From contig OZ219802.1 of NCBI GenBank assembly GCA_964291655.2, positions 2,240,001-2,304,000 on the forward strand: 64,000 bases of DNA, given 5' to 3'. The stretch's first letter is position 1. Each line of letters begins with the position of its first letter. The stretch comes from Chloroflexota bacterium. GTDB taxonomy: Bacteria > Chloroflexota > UBA11872 > VXOZ01. Below are positions 41,348-52,057 of this stretch, in pieces. The translations under genes were made by a program, and so were the position numbers. The notes under the pieces are model-generated. The model was not told the DNA's origin, made no database searches, and worked only from the letters and a program-made list of their open reading frames with translations.

Positions 41348-43015
41348 TTACATGTGTTCCGGCGCGGACATGCCCATCAGGCTGAGGCAGCGGGCCAACA
41401 CGAGTTTGGCCGCTTGCACGAGTTGCAGGCGGGCGCGTGAGAGCGCGAGGTTGTCGGAGTCTATCACGCGGCAGTCGCGGTAGAAGGCATGGAAGAGCGA
41501 CGCCAATTCCTGGGCATAGAAGGCGAGCCGGTGCGGCGCATGCTGCAGCGCCACGTCTTCGACGAGTTCCGGCAATCGCAGCATCATACGCAAGAGAGAA
41601 AGCTCGGCGGGATGTTGCAAGAGGTCGAGATCGGTATCGCCTGAGCCGACGCCCTCCTGTTGCGCGCGTTCCAAAATGCTCGCCGTGCGCGCGTGGGCAT
41701 ATTGGATGTAATACACCGGATTCTCGTCCGACTGCTCCTGCGCCAGGTCCAGGTCGAACGTCATGGCGCTATCCGGCGACCGCGCCACCAGGAAGTAGCG
41801 GCTTGCGTCAACGCCGACTTCCTCCACTACTTCACGCACGGTTACGACGTCACCGGTGCGCTTGGACATGCGCACCTCTTCACCGCCCCGCAGCACGCGC
41901 ACAAGCTGGTAGAGGAGAATCGTTAGCTGTTCGGGGTCGTGCCCGAGGGCTGCCAGTGAGGCTTTCACCCGCGGCACATGACCGTGATGGTCCGCGCCCC
42001 AGACATCGATGAGGCTCGTGAAGCCCCGTTCCAGCTTATAGGCATGGTAGGCAATATCGGCGGCAAAATACGTCGGTTCGCCGTTGCTCCGCACCAGGAC
42101 GTTGTCTTTATCATCCTCAACGTCGCTCGAGACGAACCAGGTTGCCCCTTCTCGCTCGGCCACGCGGCCGCGCTCGCGCAAGGTGTGTATGGCGGCCTGC
42201 ACGCGGCCTTCATCTTCCAGCCAGGCCTGAGAAAGCCACTCGTCAAACGCTACGCCCAATAGCGCACAGTCCTCACGGATAGAATCCAGCATCAGGGCAA
42301 GGCCGCGCTTGTGGAGCTTGTGCAGTGCCTCGCTTTCCGGGATGTACAGCAGTGTATCGCCATCTTCCTGCTTAACCTGCTTGGCAAGCTCAATCATATA
42401 CTCCCCGGCGTAGCCGTCCGCCGGCACGTGAGCGTCCATAGCGTGCAGTTGCTGGTAGCGTGCCAGCAGCGTGCGGGCAAAGGTATCCATCTGGCCGCCT
42501 ACGTCGTTGACGTAGTACTCCCGCTGCACGGCGAAGTTTGCGGCTTCCAACACCCGCGCCAGCGTGTCACCGAGCACGATATTGCGTCCGCTGCCGATGG
42601 TGAGCGGGCCGGTGGGATTTGCGCTGCAAAACTCGATTTGGAGCGCAGCCCCGCCGCCCACGTCGCAGTTGCCGTACGCTTCACCTTGGGCGACAACGTC
42701 GCCTACCTGCCGCGCTAGCCATGTCTCGTCCAAATGGAAGTTGATGAACCCCGGTGGGGCCGCGGCGACCTGAGCAAGGTATGGGCTCTCCGGCAGCGCC
42801 GCCACAATCACCTCGGCAACCTGCATGGGCGGCATGCGCACGGCGCGCGACAACCGCAAAGCCAGATTAGAGGCGTAGTCGGCTTTCTCCGGCGGGGCGT
42901 ACTCTACGGTCACGTCGGTATTCGCCAGCGGCGGGAGCTTATTCTCCTGCTGCGCCACGCCGAGTGCCTGCACCAGGAGTCCGCGAATGTGCGTGCGTGC
43001 CGATTCTCTGTTCAT
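41348..43015 (-). CDS. argS: Arginine--tRNA ligase
   Basis: PGFINF, EFCSANPTGPL, EYYVND, TYFAADIAYH, WGADHHG, MSKRTG, NPVYYIQYAHAR, C-terminal APEHM. Confidence 0.96.
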   Translation of the reverse strand: MNRESARTHIRGLLVQALGVAQQENKLPPLANTDVTVEYAPPEKADYASNLALRLSRAVRMPPMQVAEVIVAALPESPYLAQVAAAPPGFINFHLDETWLARQVGDVVAQGEAYGNCDVGGGAALQIEFCSANPTGPLTIGSGRNIVLGDTLARVLEAANFAVQREYYVNDVGGQMDTFARTLLARYQQLHAMDAHVPADGYAGEYMIELAKQVKQEDGDTLLYIPESEALHKLHKRGLALMLDSIREDCALLGVAFDEWLSQAWLEDEGRVQAAIHTLRERGRVAEREGATWFVSSDVEDDKDNVLVRSNGEPTYFAADIAYHAYKLERGFTSLIDVWGADHHGHVPRVKASLAALGHDPEQLTILLYQLVRVLRGGEEVRMSKRTGDVVTVREVVEEVGVDASRYFLVARSPDSAMTFDLDLAQEQSDENPVYYIQYAHARTASILERAQQEGVGSGDTDLDLLQHPAELSLLRMMLRLPELVEDVALQHAPHRLAFYAQELASLFHAFYRDCRVIDSDNLALSRARLQLVQAAKLVLARCLSLMGMSAPEHM

Positions 43016-43302
43016 GAGTTTAATTCGTTCCTGCTCTTTGACACTCGACGGCCTGGTAACGACTCTCTCATGCGGTAGCATTACCGTTCGTTTAGAGTCG
43101 ACAGTTCTAAATAAAGAAAGCGACCGCTTGGTGGCCGCTATCTGTAATCTCCATACTACGTTGTAGCGCCCTCGATTTCAAGCCTTGGCTTCGATTAGCC
43201 AGGTTCTCCTTCCTGCGTACCGCTGCCCAGCGCGTGGTATTCTAGTGCTACGTAAGCAGCAGCAAAGAACGCGCGTCGCCGCACTTGAGAATGGTAGGTA
43301 GC

Positions 43303-44145
43303 ATGATTGTAGACGTACACTCGCACATGGCAGATTCGACGCTTCATCTTAGTGATGAGTTCAAGGCCGATCTCGATGCATCGTGGAAAGACCACACCAT
43401 TCACGCGCCGCCTGAGGTGCACCGGCAAGAAGCAGTCGCCGACGTGGACGCTGTCATCGTCTTTCCGCTCAACGCGCCGCACAGCGGCATTGTGGTGCCC
43501 AACGAATACGTGGCCGACTATGTGCGCGGGGCCGGTGAGAACGTTATCGGCTTTGCGAGTGTCGACGCCAACGATGCGGATGCCCCCGACCGGCTTGAAC
43601 ATGCGGTCAAGCAACTCGGTCTGCGCGGCCTCAAGATCGGCCCAATCTACCAGGGCTACGATCCACTTTCCGCTGGGGCGCTCGCCATGTTCGCGAAAGC
43701 CGAGGCGCTCAGCACTCCCGTGATGTGGCACCATGGCACGACCTTTGTGCGCAAAGCGCCGCTGAGGTTCGCCCAACCCTGGCAGGTGGACGAGGTTGCC
43801 ATTCGCTTTCCCGACCTCAAGATCATCGTGGCGCACATGGGACATCCCGGTATCGGAGAGACCGTCTCTGTCGTGCGCAAGCAGCCGAACGTCTACACCG
43901 ACATCAGCGGACTCTATCCCCGCCCCTGGCAGTACTATAACGCGCTCATGACTTCCATCGAATACGGCGCTGCACACAAGTTGCTCTTCGGCACGGACTT
44001 CCCACTTTTCTCCGCCGCTGACACGATGGCCGGGCTACGCAATGTCAACGCGCTGGTAGAAGGCACCGCGCTCCCGCGGGTGCCGGAGGACGTGATCGAG
44101 GGGATTATCCACCGCGAGAGCCTGGCGCTGCTGGGACTGGAGTAG
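43303..44145 (+). CDS. Amidohydrolase_2-family protein
   Basis: VDVHSH, GLKIGPIYQ, WHHG, FPDLKIIVAHMGHP, LFGTDFP. Confidence 0.88.
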   Translation: MIVDVHSHMADSTLHLSDEFKADLDASWKDHTIHAPPEVHRQEAVADVDAVIVFPLNAPHSGIVVPNEYVADYVRGAGENVIGFASVDANDADAPDRLEHAVKQLGLRGLKIGPIYQGYDPLSAGALAMFAKAEALSTPVMWHHGTTFVRKAPLRFAQPWQVDEVAIRFPDLKIIVAHMGHPGIGETVSVVRKQPNVYTDISGLYPRPWQYYNALMTSIEYGAAHKLLFGTDFPLFSAADTMAGLRNVNALVEGTALPRVPEDVIEGIIHRESLALLGLE

Positions 44146-44506
44146 GTAATCTCTTATTCGGCACGAAAGTGGGCCAGTGCCAGGTTGCTTGCACGTGCGC
44201 GCTCATCCTGTTCGCTGAAGGCCGAATGCTTTGAACATTCGTGTTGAGGGCCGCGCAAAGCTCCTGCCAAAGCATGAGCGGGAGACCGTGGAAATTAGTG
44301 GGCAGCGCTTACCAGACACCGTTCACCCTTCGACAAGCTCAGGGCGAACGGGGTCTGGTGTGTTGGCTAACGGGCTATTCGCACAAGGCGAGTCTCGTGC
44401 GAGAACCGGGCTATCGGCTCTCTTGCTCAAGGCGAATGGAAACAACACTTGAGCCCTATGCGCGACGGATATTGCGCGCAGCGTAATTCTGCGCTTTCGG
44501 AGTTCG

Positions 44507-44962
44507 CTAGGTGAGAGGTTCTTCTTCCGGGACCTCTTCCTCGTGCTCCGCAGGCTCTTTGCCAAAGAAGCGCTGCATGATCCAGTCGTTGACGCCCCAC
44601 GCGCGAATGGCCGAGTAGAGCACCCAGAGACTGAACACCCGCTGTAGCGTGGATTGCGAAAGCTGCTGGGCAATCAAAGCGGCCACCAGGCCGGCGGCAA
44701 CCGCGCCAATGGCGATAAGAAATACCGGCTTGAGCTTCAGATTCTTCATGCGGTAGTGCGTGAAGGCACCGGCCAACGTGGTGGGGATCATTACCACGAG
44801 TGAAATGCCCTGGCCGATGTGCTGGCCGTACCCCAGAATGAGCACCGCGGCCGGTACCATGATGATGCCGCCGCCGACGCCCATCGTACCGCTGAGCAGC
44901 CCCACGCTAAAGCCGATAGCGAGACTCAAGAGAAATACGCTAAGTTCGGGATCGAGCGTCAT
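44507..44962 (-). CDS. Half-size TauE/SafE (TSUP) family membrane protein
   Basis: GLLSGTMGVGGGIIMVP, GQHIGQGISL; start overlaps the upstream stop (ATGA). Confidence 0.8.
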   Translation of the reverse strand: MTLDPELSVFLLSLAIGFSVGLLSGTMGVGGGIIMVPAAVLILGYGQHIGQGISLVVMIPTTLAGAFTHYRMKNLKLKPVFLIAIGAVAAGLVAALIAQQLSQSTLQRVFSLWVLYSAIRAWGVNDWIMQRFFGKEPAEHEEEVPEEEPLT

Positions 44963-45441
44963 GGCGCTTCCTCCCGGTGGAACACGAGACTCCAAATCGC
45001 CATGACTGCCAACAACACAAAACCGGCAATGAGGATGGCATTGCCCAGCACGGGATGCTGCAAAAGCATGCGCAGGCCGACGGCGGTGAGCAATACGGCA
45101 AAGAGGCGCTTGAGTTGCTTTTGATTAATGCGGTGCGAGATGCGCACGCCGATGGGCGCCGCGAGCACGGCGCTGATCATGAAGCCGGCGCCCGCGATGT
45201 ACGCCGGCACGTCATTCCCCGGCGGTTCGTCACGAGGCCATAAGGCATAGACCAGCGCCGCGGCTATGGCCGTGGGCACGATAGCGCCCAGGCTCACGGC
45301 GTGGGCTTCGCGTTGCGACAGCGCCAGGTAGGCAGTAATCAGCGGGACGATGACGACACCGCCGCCGACACCGGCGAGACCGGACAAGGTACCGCCGGCA
45401 ATGCCCACGGCAATGTAGCGCCACAGGGGGATGGAGTTCAT
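44959..45441 (-). CDS. Half-size TauE/SafE (TSUP) family membrane protein
   Basis: GTLSGLAGVGGGVVIVP, QREAHAVSL, APIGVRI, LKRLFA. Confidence 0.8.
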   Translation of the reverse strand: MNSIPLWRYIAVGIAGGTLSGLAGVGGGVVIVPLITAYLALSQREAHAVSLGAIVPTAIAAALVYALWPRDEPPGNDVPAYIAGAGFMISAVLAAPIGVRISHRINQKQLKRLFAVLLTAVGLRMLLQHPVLGNAILIAGFVLLAVMAIWSLVFHREEAP

Positions 45442-45843
45442 GGCCTCAAAATACTAGCACGGATAGGACTGTCCTACAACGAATAGACCACGAAGCGATA
45501 GCGTAGGACAGCGCGTAGGGGCACGACATGTCGTGCCCCTACGCCCATCGCGCTGACAGGGGTATGTATTCTATATTCGACTTCACGTGTCATTCCGAAC
45601 GGAGTGCAGTGGAGTGTCGCTAAGAGCGCGGAATCTAAAGCACAGCCCTGCAAAATCAGCATCTTTAGATTCCGCGAACCCTGTTCGACGCTGCGCTCGG
45701 AATGACATTTACATACCCCTGTCAGCGCCCTTCGCGTGAGTGTTCCGGCTGTGCCTGAGGAAGATCTCTGGGTCGGCAGCCAGCACTGCCAGGCTGCTGG
45801 ACTCCGGCGTCCGCCGGAGTGACGGAGAGATTCCACGCTGGTT

Positions 45844-46848
45844 CTAGCCGGGGCAAAAGACTTCGCGCGGCAGGATGCTGAGGCGGAGATCGTGGGCGCC
45901 GTCGGCGCGGGCGCATTCGTAGTAAAAGTAGAGCTCATCACCCACCGGCACCACGTCCACATAGCGCACGGAGCGCGTGCCGCCCTGCGACTGCACCACC
46001 GGCCCGCTGACGCTCAAGCGCGTGAAGGTGCGTAAGTCAGCAGAGAGCGCCAGGCCGCACTGCTCCTCGTAGTTCTCCGAGACATCGGCGGAGCCGTCGT
46101 AGAACGCCAGCCACTGCTGCCCGACCCGCACGAGCGAAGAGATGCGGCTGCAGTAGCTATCCCAGCCGCTATCGCGAGGCGCGAAGATGTCGCCCTGCCA
46201 ATCCCAGTTGCGTCCGTCGCCGCTTAGCGCTAGACCCGTACTCGACTTGGCGATGCCGGTATTGTAGACGTCGGCGGTGGCATGCATAGCTGCGCGCGCC
46301 GGGTCATCTACCAGCGCGGGAGTGGGCGCATAGCTTGCTATCATATGCCATAGCCCGCCCACGTTGCAGACGTAGGGGTCTTTGACACCCTCAGCGTGGA
46401 TGTCCGCCGCCGTGAACACCGGCCGGCGGGAGGCGGGATCGAACTGGTCTGGCGTGTCGGCTTCCAACATATCGATGCGCCAGCGGTTGTCGGCGCTATC
46501 CACGAACGACATGAAAAGCAGAAAGCGCCCGCTAGCATCTCTGACGAGACTGCTCTTCTCTACTGAAGGCGAGTTGCCGAAAGCGGTCTTTTCAGCCGAC
46601 CAGACGGACTCAAAATTCCTGCCGTCCTCGCTCCGTGCCACGTAGCAGGCAAAACCGCGGTCGGGCTCCTGTCCGCGCGGGCGCCGCCGCCGGTAGTAGA
46701 GATAGAAAGCCTTCTCATCCGGCAGGTAGAGCACACACGGCGCGCCGACCCAATGGCCGTTCCCAGCCTCCAGCGGTTCCTGCACCACGTGTGCAGTTTC
46801 AGGATCGAACAGCGTAATGGGTAGATGGTAGGTTTTCGCGTCACGCAT
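45844..46848 (-). CDS. Five-bladed beta-propeller glycoside-hydrolase-like protein (GH32/43/130-like fold)
   Basis: WVGAP, YLYYR, SEDG..F, KDP, LSGDGRNW, FYDG, RYVD. Confidence 0.65.
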   Translation of the reverse strand: MRDAKTYHLPITLFDPETAHVVQEPLEAGNGHWVGAPCVLYLPDEKAFYLYYRRRRPRGQEPDRGFACYVARSEDGRNFESVWSAEKTAFGNSPSVEKSSLVRDASGRFLLFMSFVDSADNRWRIDMLEADTPDQFDPASRRPVFTAADIHAEGVKDPYVCNVGGLWHMIASYAPTPALVDDPARAAMHATADVYNTGIAKSSTGLALSGDGRNWDWQGDIFAPRDSGWDSYCSRISSLVRVGQQWLAFYDGSADVSENYEEQCGLALSADLRTFTRLSVSGPVVQSQGGTRSVRYVDVVPVGDELYFYYECARADGAHDLRLSILPREVFCPG

Positions 46849-46927
46849 CGAGTGTGCTTGCTTACGTTGCGTTTCTCAAACGGGAGACTCTATTCAAAGG
46901 TTCTTCTCCTGCTCTATCCGTCACTCC

Positions 46928-47172
46928 TGTAAATGCCAGGCAATTCGTTGACAGACTTGAGAACAAAAGCAACTGAACGCAGTGCTCTAAGTGAATAGTA
47001 CACATGTCATTATGAACGGAGCGCGGCGAAGAGGGGAATCTAAGATGTTGAGCCTATTGGACGACACGTTGTATGGGCCCTAGATTCCTCGCTCCGCTCG
47101 GAATGACATGATCTGTCAACACTGCCAATTGAGGAGAGAACCCTTTCAACGAATTGCACAACTCCCACTTAT
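46928..47172. mobile_element. TGTAA-ended MITE copy (right end degenerate)
   Basis: Near identical to 4397..4596 and to the reverse complement of 32560..32813. Confidence 0.7.
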
Positions 47173-47282
47173 CCCGGGCACTCCCGCACCCGTGGGGGCG
47201 CAGAAGCCAGCTTTACGCGCCCTGGGCCGTCTCAAGCGGGGGACAAGCCCCCGCGCTACTTGCCGTCGTGGACGTGGCAGCC

Positions 47283-48281
47283 CTACGCAAAGATCTCATC
47301 TTCGATCTCTGCTGGGGTAACCGGTCTATTCTCGGCGGTGGAGCGATTGAAGGCGAGCGTGAGCGCAAGAGTCTTAAGGGCATCATCCAACGGCGACCGT
47401 ATCAGTGATTCGTCGACTTCTTCAACCGCGGCCAGAAACGCCTGCGCCATGCGCACCTCCGACGACGGTTCTTCTACAGGGTGTATCTCGGTCCCGCGCG
47501 GCGTGATCTGTTGCAGATCTCGTCCGGAGAAGCGCAGCAGTTGCTCTTCACTGACGAGATCGAGCCCCGAACTCTGCGGCAGGCCTACGAAGAGCGCATA
47601 CGTCGTCGCCACGCTGCCCACAGCGCCGGTTTTGAAGGCAAATGCACCCGAATAGACATCCCAATTCTGAAATGACTCATCGTCTTTCCACGCGCTGCGG
47701 CCGAACTGTGCGTAAACTTCGTCCACCTCGCCGCCGAAGACCCGGCACAAGTCGAGCAGGTGCGTGGCCTGTTCCACGATCTGGCCGCCGCCCTGGGCAG
47801 AATCCAGGTTCCAGGGGACTCTCGGCACGCCTTGATACCACCAGATGCGGGCCAGTCCGAGTTCACGTCCGGCCAAGAGTTCCTGGGCACGGGCAGCCTG
47901 ACTACCGTACCGGTGTTGGTAGCCGACGCAACAAAGCACACCGCCCTGCTCCACCGCCATGCGAATGCGGCGCGCGTCCAGCACGCTGAGCGCCACCGGC
48001 TTTTCCACGAAGATGGCGGCCTTCTGCGTGGCGGCATACTCAACTTGCTCGGCGTGCAAGTTCGGCGGGGTCACAATATACACGGCATCGGGCTGCTCGG
48101 TGTCGAGCATGTCGCGATAGTCTGTATATGTCTCCGCATCAAAGGGTGCGGCGGCTTCTTGAGCGCGCTCTGCGTCCACGTCGCAGATCGCCACAACTTC
48201 AGCGTTTTCGACCTGTGCAAGCGCGCGATAGTGCGCCTGCGCGCGGCGTCCCGCGCCGATACCTGCTACCCGCAATTTCAT
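47283..48281 (-). CDS. Gfo/Idh/MocA-family oxidoreductase
   Basis: GIGAG, IVTPP..H, VEKPV, GGGQIVEQATH..D. Confidence 0.88.
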   Translation of the reverse strand: MKLRVAGIGAGRRAQAHYRALAQVENAEVVAICDVDAERAQEAAAPFDAETYTDYRDMLDTEQPDAVYIVTPPNLHAEQVEYAATQKAAIFVEKPVALSVLDARRIRMAVEQGGVLCCVGYQHRYGSQAARAQELLAGRELGLARIWWYQGVPRVPWNLDSAQGGGQIVEQATHLLDLCRVFGGEVDEVYAQFGRSAWKDDESFQNWDVYSGAFAFKTGAVGSVATTYALFVGLPQSSGLDLVSEEQLLRFSGRDLQQITPRGTEIHPVEEPSSEVRMAQAFLAAVEEVDESLIRSPLDDALKTLALTLAFNRSTAENRPVTPAEIEDEIFA

Positions 48282-48342
48282 TTGATCACCTTAGTCTCGT
48301 CATCATTTACTTCATGTACATCTGCCCGCAGCAATTCAATAA

Positions 48343-48391
48343 CGCGGAGCAAAGCCTAGCGCGGAGCAAAGCCTAGGGCGGAGCAAAGCCT
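48343..48391. repeat. 17-bp tandem repeat (about 3 copies)
   Basis: (C/G)GCGGAGCAAAGCCTAG x3 upstream of the Gfo/Idh/MocA gene. Confidence 0.8.
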
Positions 48392-48539
48392 TCAAAAAGT
48401 GAGGCGCGACAAGCATCCGTTCGTGCTGAGCCTGTCGAAGTACGTACGGATGCACATCGCTTACCCAACGTACGTTACGCCCTGTCCGTGCGGCGCATGG
48501 AGGTTCCCAATGCGGGGTACGCACTCAATCCGAAAAGGC

Positions 48540-49847
48540 TCACGCCACCGCCGTGCCGCGCAGAGAGTACGCCGTCGTCTCGTCAATGTGCACGGGCAGA
48601 ATCTCGCCCACCAGGTTCTCACGGGGATCGGTGAAGAACGTGATACGGTCGGTGCGAATGCGCCCCCACCACTTGCCGTTCTTCTGGCCTTCCACCAGCA
48701 CGTCGAGCGTGCGGCCGTGCAGGCGCGCATTCTTGGCCGAGACAATCCGCTCCTGCAGGGCTTCGACGGCCAGCAATCGCTGATGCTTCTCGTCACGGGG
48801 CACGTTGTCTTGCATCTCTTCATCCGCCTTCGTGCCCGGCCGCGGCGAGTACATAGCCGTGTGCACTACGTCGAGTTCGAGTTGCTCCAGCATCGCCAGC
48901 GTATTCTGGAATTGCGATTCCGTTTCGCCGGGGAAACCGACGATGATGTCCGTCGCGATGGAAGCGTGCGGGATGATGTCGCGAATGCGCGCTACCAGGT
49001 CCACGTACCGGCTGGCGGGGTAGCCGCGCTTCATGCGCCGCAGGACCAGGTCGTCGCCACTCTGCACGGCGATGTTGAAGTGCTCGCAGACATTGGGCAA
49101 GCTGCCGACCGCTTCGATGATGCGGTCGCTCATGAAGAGCGGATGTGAGGTAAGGAAGCGAATGCGGTCCAAGCCTGGCACTTCGCTGCACGCCGTCAGC
49201 AGGTCCGCCAGGTCGGGCCGGCCCTCCAGGTCGCGGCCGTAGTCGTCAACCGTCTGTCCGAGTAGCGTAACTTCCCGCGTGCCATGCCGCACCAACCAGC
49301 GCAGCTCACGCACAACCTCCGGGATCGGGCGGCTGCGTTCCGGGCCCCGCCGGATCGGCACGATACAGAAGGCGCAACGCATGTTGCAGCCGTATATCAC
49401 TGGCACCCAGCGGCACGGACCGCCCAGCGCCAGCGGCGAACCCTCCAAACAGCCTTCGTCAAGCATGCCCCGGTTGCCGGCCTTCTGCTGGGCGAATTCC
49501 AATATGGGTTCGTACTCCACCGGCTTGGTAAAGACGTCCACCTGCGGCAAGCGGGCCTGCAAGCGCTCCAGGCTGTCGTCGCCCACCATACAGCCCATCA
49601 TCGCGATTCCAAGATCGGGGTTTTTCTTTTTCATGCCGGTAAGCCAGCCGAGCTGACCCAGCGCCCGGTCCTCGGCGCTCTGTCGTACGGCGCAGGTGTT
49701 CACCACGACCAGGTCGGCCTGCGTCGGCTCATCCGCCCACGAGTACCCGAGCGCTTCCAACGAGCCGCCGAGCCGCTCGGAATCGGCCTTGTTCATTTGG
49801 CAGCCGTATGTGATTAGGTGATAACGCAGGTCCATGTTTCTCAGCAA
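48540..49847 (-). CDS. miaB: tRNA (i6A37) methylthiotransferase MiaB
   Basis: TYGCQMN, NTCAVR, MGC, GCNMRCAFC radical-SAM motif, TSHP, TDIIVGFPGET, YSPRPGT, TRAM domain. Confidence 0.95.
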   Translation of the reverse strand: MLRNMDLRYHLITYGCQMNKADSERLGGSLEALGYSWADEPTQADLVVVNTCAVRQSAEDRALGQLGWLTGMKKKNPDLGIAMMGCMVGDDSLERLQARLPQVDVFTKPVEYEPILEFAQQKAGNRGMLDEGCLEGSPLALGGPCRWVPVIYGCNMRCAFCIVPIRRGPERSRPIPEVVRELRWLVRHGTREVTLLGQTVDDYGRDLEGRPDLADLLTACSEVPGLDRIRFLTSHPLFMSDRIIEAVGSLPNVCEHFNIAVQSGDDLVLRRMKRGYPASRYVDLVARIRDIIPHASIATDIIVGFPGETESQFQNTLAMLEQLELDVVHTAMYSPRPGTKADEEMQDNVPRDEKHQRLLAVEALQERIVSAKNARLHGRTLDVLVEGQKNGKWWGRIRTDRITFFTDPRENLVGEILPVHIDETTAYSLRGTAVA

Positions 49848-50009
49848 TCCAATCGTCTTCTCGTTAGACTGCGGCCCTGGCCGCGCCTTCCCATTGTAAC
49901 AAGCCCCGCTTGAGCCGTGAAGAAAGCGCGTTTTGGCGTTTGCCCGGCCTGCGCAGATTTCCCTATACTAGGGCTTTGGTAAAGCTGATCTTAGTCTCGT
50001 GAGGCGCCA

Positions 50010-51239
50010 TTGATGTCTCCGCTGGCACAGCCCAAAGTGCGCCCGCTCATTTCAGAGTGGGTACAGGCGAACGGCGATCTTCGTCTCGCGCTGCGCGATC
50101 CCGACGAACTGATTGAAGGGACCGTTTTCGTTTCACCTGCCCTCGCACCCGTGCTCGAACTCTGCGACGGCACGCATTCGCTTGCCGCCATTCAGGCGGC
50201 ATTGACGCTGCGCTACGGCCTGTCCTTGCCGACTGCCAGGCTGGAATCCCTCATTCAGCAGCTTGATGAGGCCTTGCTCCTGGAGAGCGAACGTGCGGAG
50301 ACCGCCCGCCGCGACGCCCGCACAGCCTACCGGAAGGCGCCGTGCCGCCCGCCGGCGCTCGCCGGCGCTTCGTACCCCACCGACCCGGACGAGCTTTCGG
50401 CAATGTTGGAGGGCTACATCAACGCCGTTGAGCCGCCTGCATGCTTCGATCCGCCTGCCGTTCGGGGGCTTGTTAGTCCCCACATTGACTACGACCGGGG
50501 CGGACCAGTCTACGCGCGCACGTGGCAACACGCGCGGGTAGCCGTGCGGGAGGCGGAGGTTGTTGTCATTCTCGGCACTGATCATGCGGGCAGCCCGGGC
50601 ATGCTCACGCCGACGCGGCAGAACTACGCCACACCCTGGGGCACGTTGCCCACCGACCAAGACGCGCTAGACCGGTTTGAAGCGGCCTGGGGCGATGACT
50701 CTCTCTACGACGAGGAACTCCACCACCGCAGGGAACACTCCATCGAGCTGGCCGCCGTGTGGCTGCACTTCATGCGTGATGGTGAACCTGTGACGCTGGT
50801 GCCGATCCTTTGCGGGTCCTTCTTGCCGTTCACTTCAGGCGACACGAGCCCCAAGGACAACTCCAGATTCACCAAGAGCATTGCCGCGCTCGGAGATGCG
50901 CTCGCAGGCAGGAGCGTGCTCGTCGTCGCCGCGGCCGATCTGGCCCACATGGGACCGGCGTTTGGCGACCCGCAGCCGCTGGACCGGGAGGACAAGGACA
51001 TTCTGAAGCATTTCGACCGCACGCTCCTCGCTGCCATGTGCCAAGGGGAGGCTGAGAGCATTCTGGGACTCTTGCAGCAGAGCAGGGACAAACAAAAGGT
51101 GTGCGGTCTCCCGCCCATCTACGCGGCGCTACAGATGCTTGGGCCCGTAGCGGGACGTGTTGTGGACTACGCGCAGTGTCCGGCTGACGGCTTGGCGGGC
51201 TCGGTAGTTTCGGTGGCGGGAGTAGTCTGGACGGACTGA
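50010..51239 (+). CDS. MEMO1-family protein (AmmeMemoRadiSam system protein B) with N-terminal extension
   Basis: LAGASYP, PHIDY..GG, GTDH, TPWG, EHSIE, ADLAH.G..FGD, CGLPP. Confidence 0.85.
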   Translation: MMSPLAQPKVRPLISEWVQANGDLRLALRDPDELIEGTVFVSPALAPVLELCDGTHSLAAIQAALTLRYGLSLPTARLESLIQQLDEALLLESERAETARRDARTAYRKAPCRPPALAGASYPTDPDELSAMLEGYINAVEPPACFDPPAVRGLVSPHIDYDRGGPVYARTWQHARVAVREAEVVVILGTDHAGSPGMLTPTRQNYATPWGTLPTDQDALDRFEAAWGDDSLYDEELHHRREHSIELAAVWLHFMRDGEPVTLVPILCGSFLPFTSGDTSPKDNSRFTKSIAALGDALAGRSVLVVAAADLAHMGPAFGDPQPLDREDKDILKHFDRTLLAAMCQGEAESILGLLQQSRDKQKVCGLPPIYAALQMLGPVAGRVVDYAQCPADGLAGSVVSVAGVVWTD

Positions 51240-51288
51240 GGCCTGCGAATACCGTATCCGAGGAGGCGAGCCAGCTCAATGTCATTCC

Positions 51289-51405
51289 TGTAAATGTCAG
51301 GTAATTCGTTGACAGAGTTGAGAACAAGAGCAACCTTTCGCAGTGTTAGACATGACTAGTACACATGTCATTCCGAGCGAAGCGTCGAACCCTGTACGCG
51401 GAATC
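51289..51405. mobile_element. Partial TGTAA-ended MITE
   Basis: GTCATTCC|TGTAAATGTCAGGTAATTCGTTGACAGA; only one half is present. Confidence 0.6.
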
Positions 51406-52057
51406 TCGGGTCCATGCCCTGTGAACCGCGTCAACGAAATGTCCCGTGATTGGGCTTAACGCGGGATGGCCCCGGTTGCTACCTGGCCTTGCATTAAGAT
51501 GGATTCCCGCGCAAGCGGGAATCACCATGGTCTTGTCGAGGCCGTACAAGGGAGTGAAAGTGAACGTCACTCTTCCCGTTCGTGCTGAGCTTGCCTGTCC
51601 TGAGCCTGTCGAAGGGTCGAAGCATGTACGGAGAGAGTAGGTCGAAATCTGTTAGTCGCCTCCGCCGTTCACCCTTCGACGATGCTCAGGGCGAACGGCA
51701 AGGTCGCCTATTTTCATGGTGATGACGGACGACCCGCCCCTCGCGTTTCCTACGTACATTCGCTCATTTGTACGCCTCTTTCAACATACAAATGACGGCG
51801 GCTACGGCATTCTGGCCCGCATCTCGATCCGTCACTCCGGCGAAAGCCGGAGTCCAGGGAGGGCTAGGGTGACAAGCTTCACTAGCCTGTGAACCGCCTA
51901 AGCCAGCTATTCAAGGAGAAGATGGATTCCCGCATTCGCGGGAATGACGGAGTCTCTCGTGCTGTTTTCATGATTGTGACGGAGCGAGGTCAACTTCGCA
52001 GAGATCGTAAGAGGCAAACCTTCTGGCACACAAGAATCACCGAGTATGACGCGTTGC

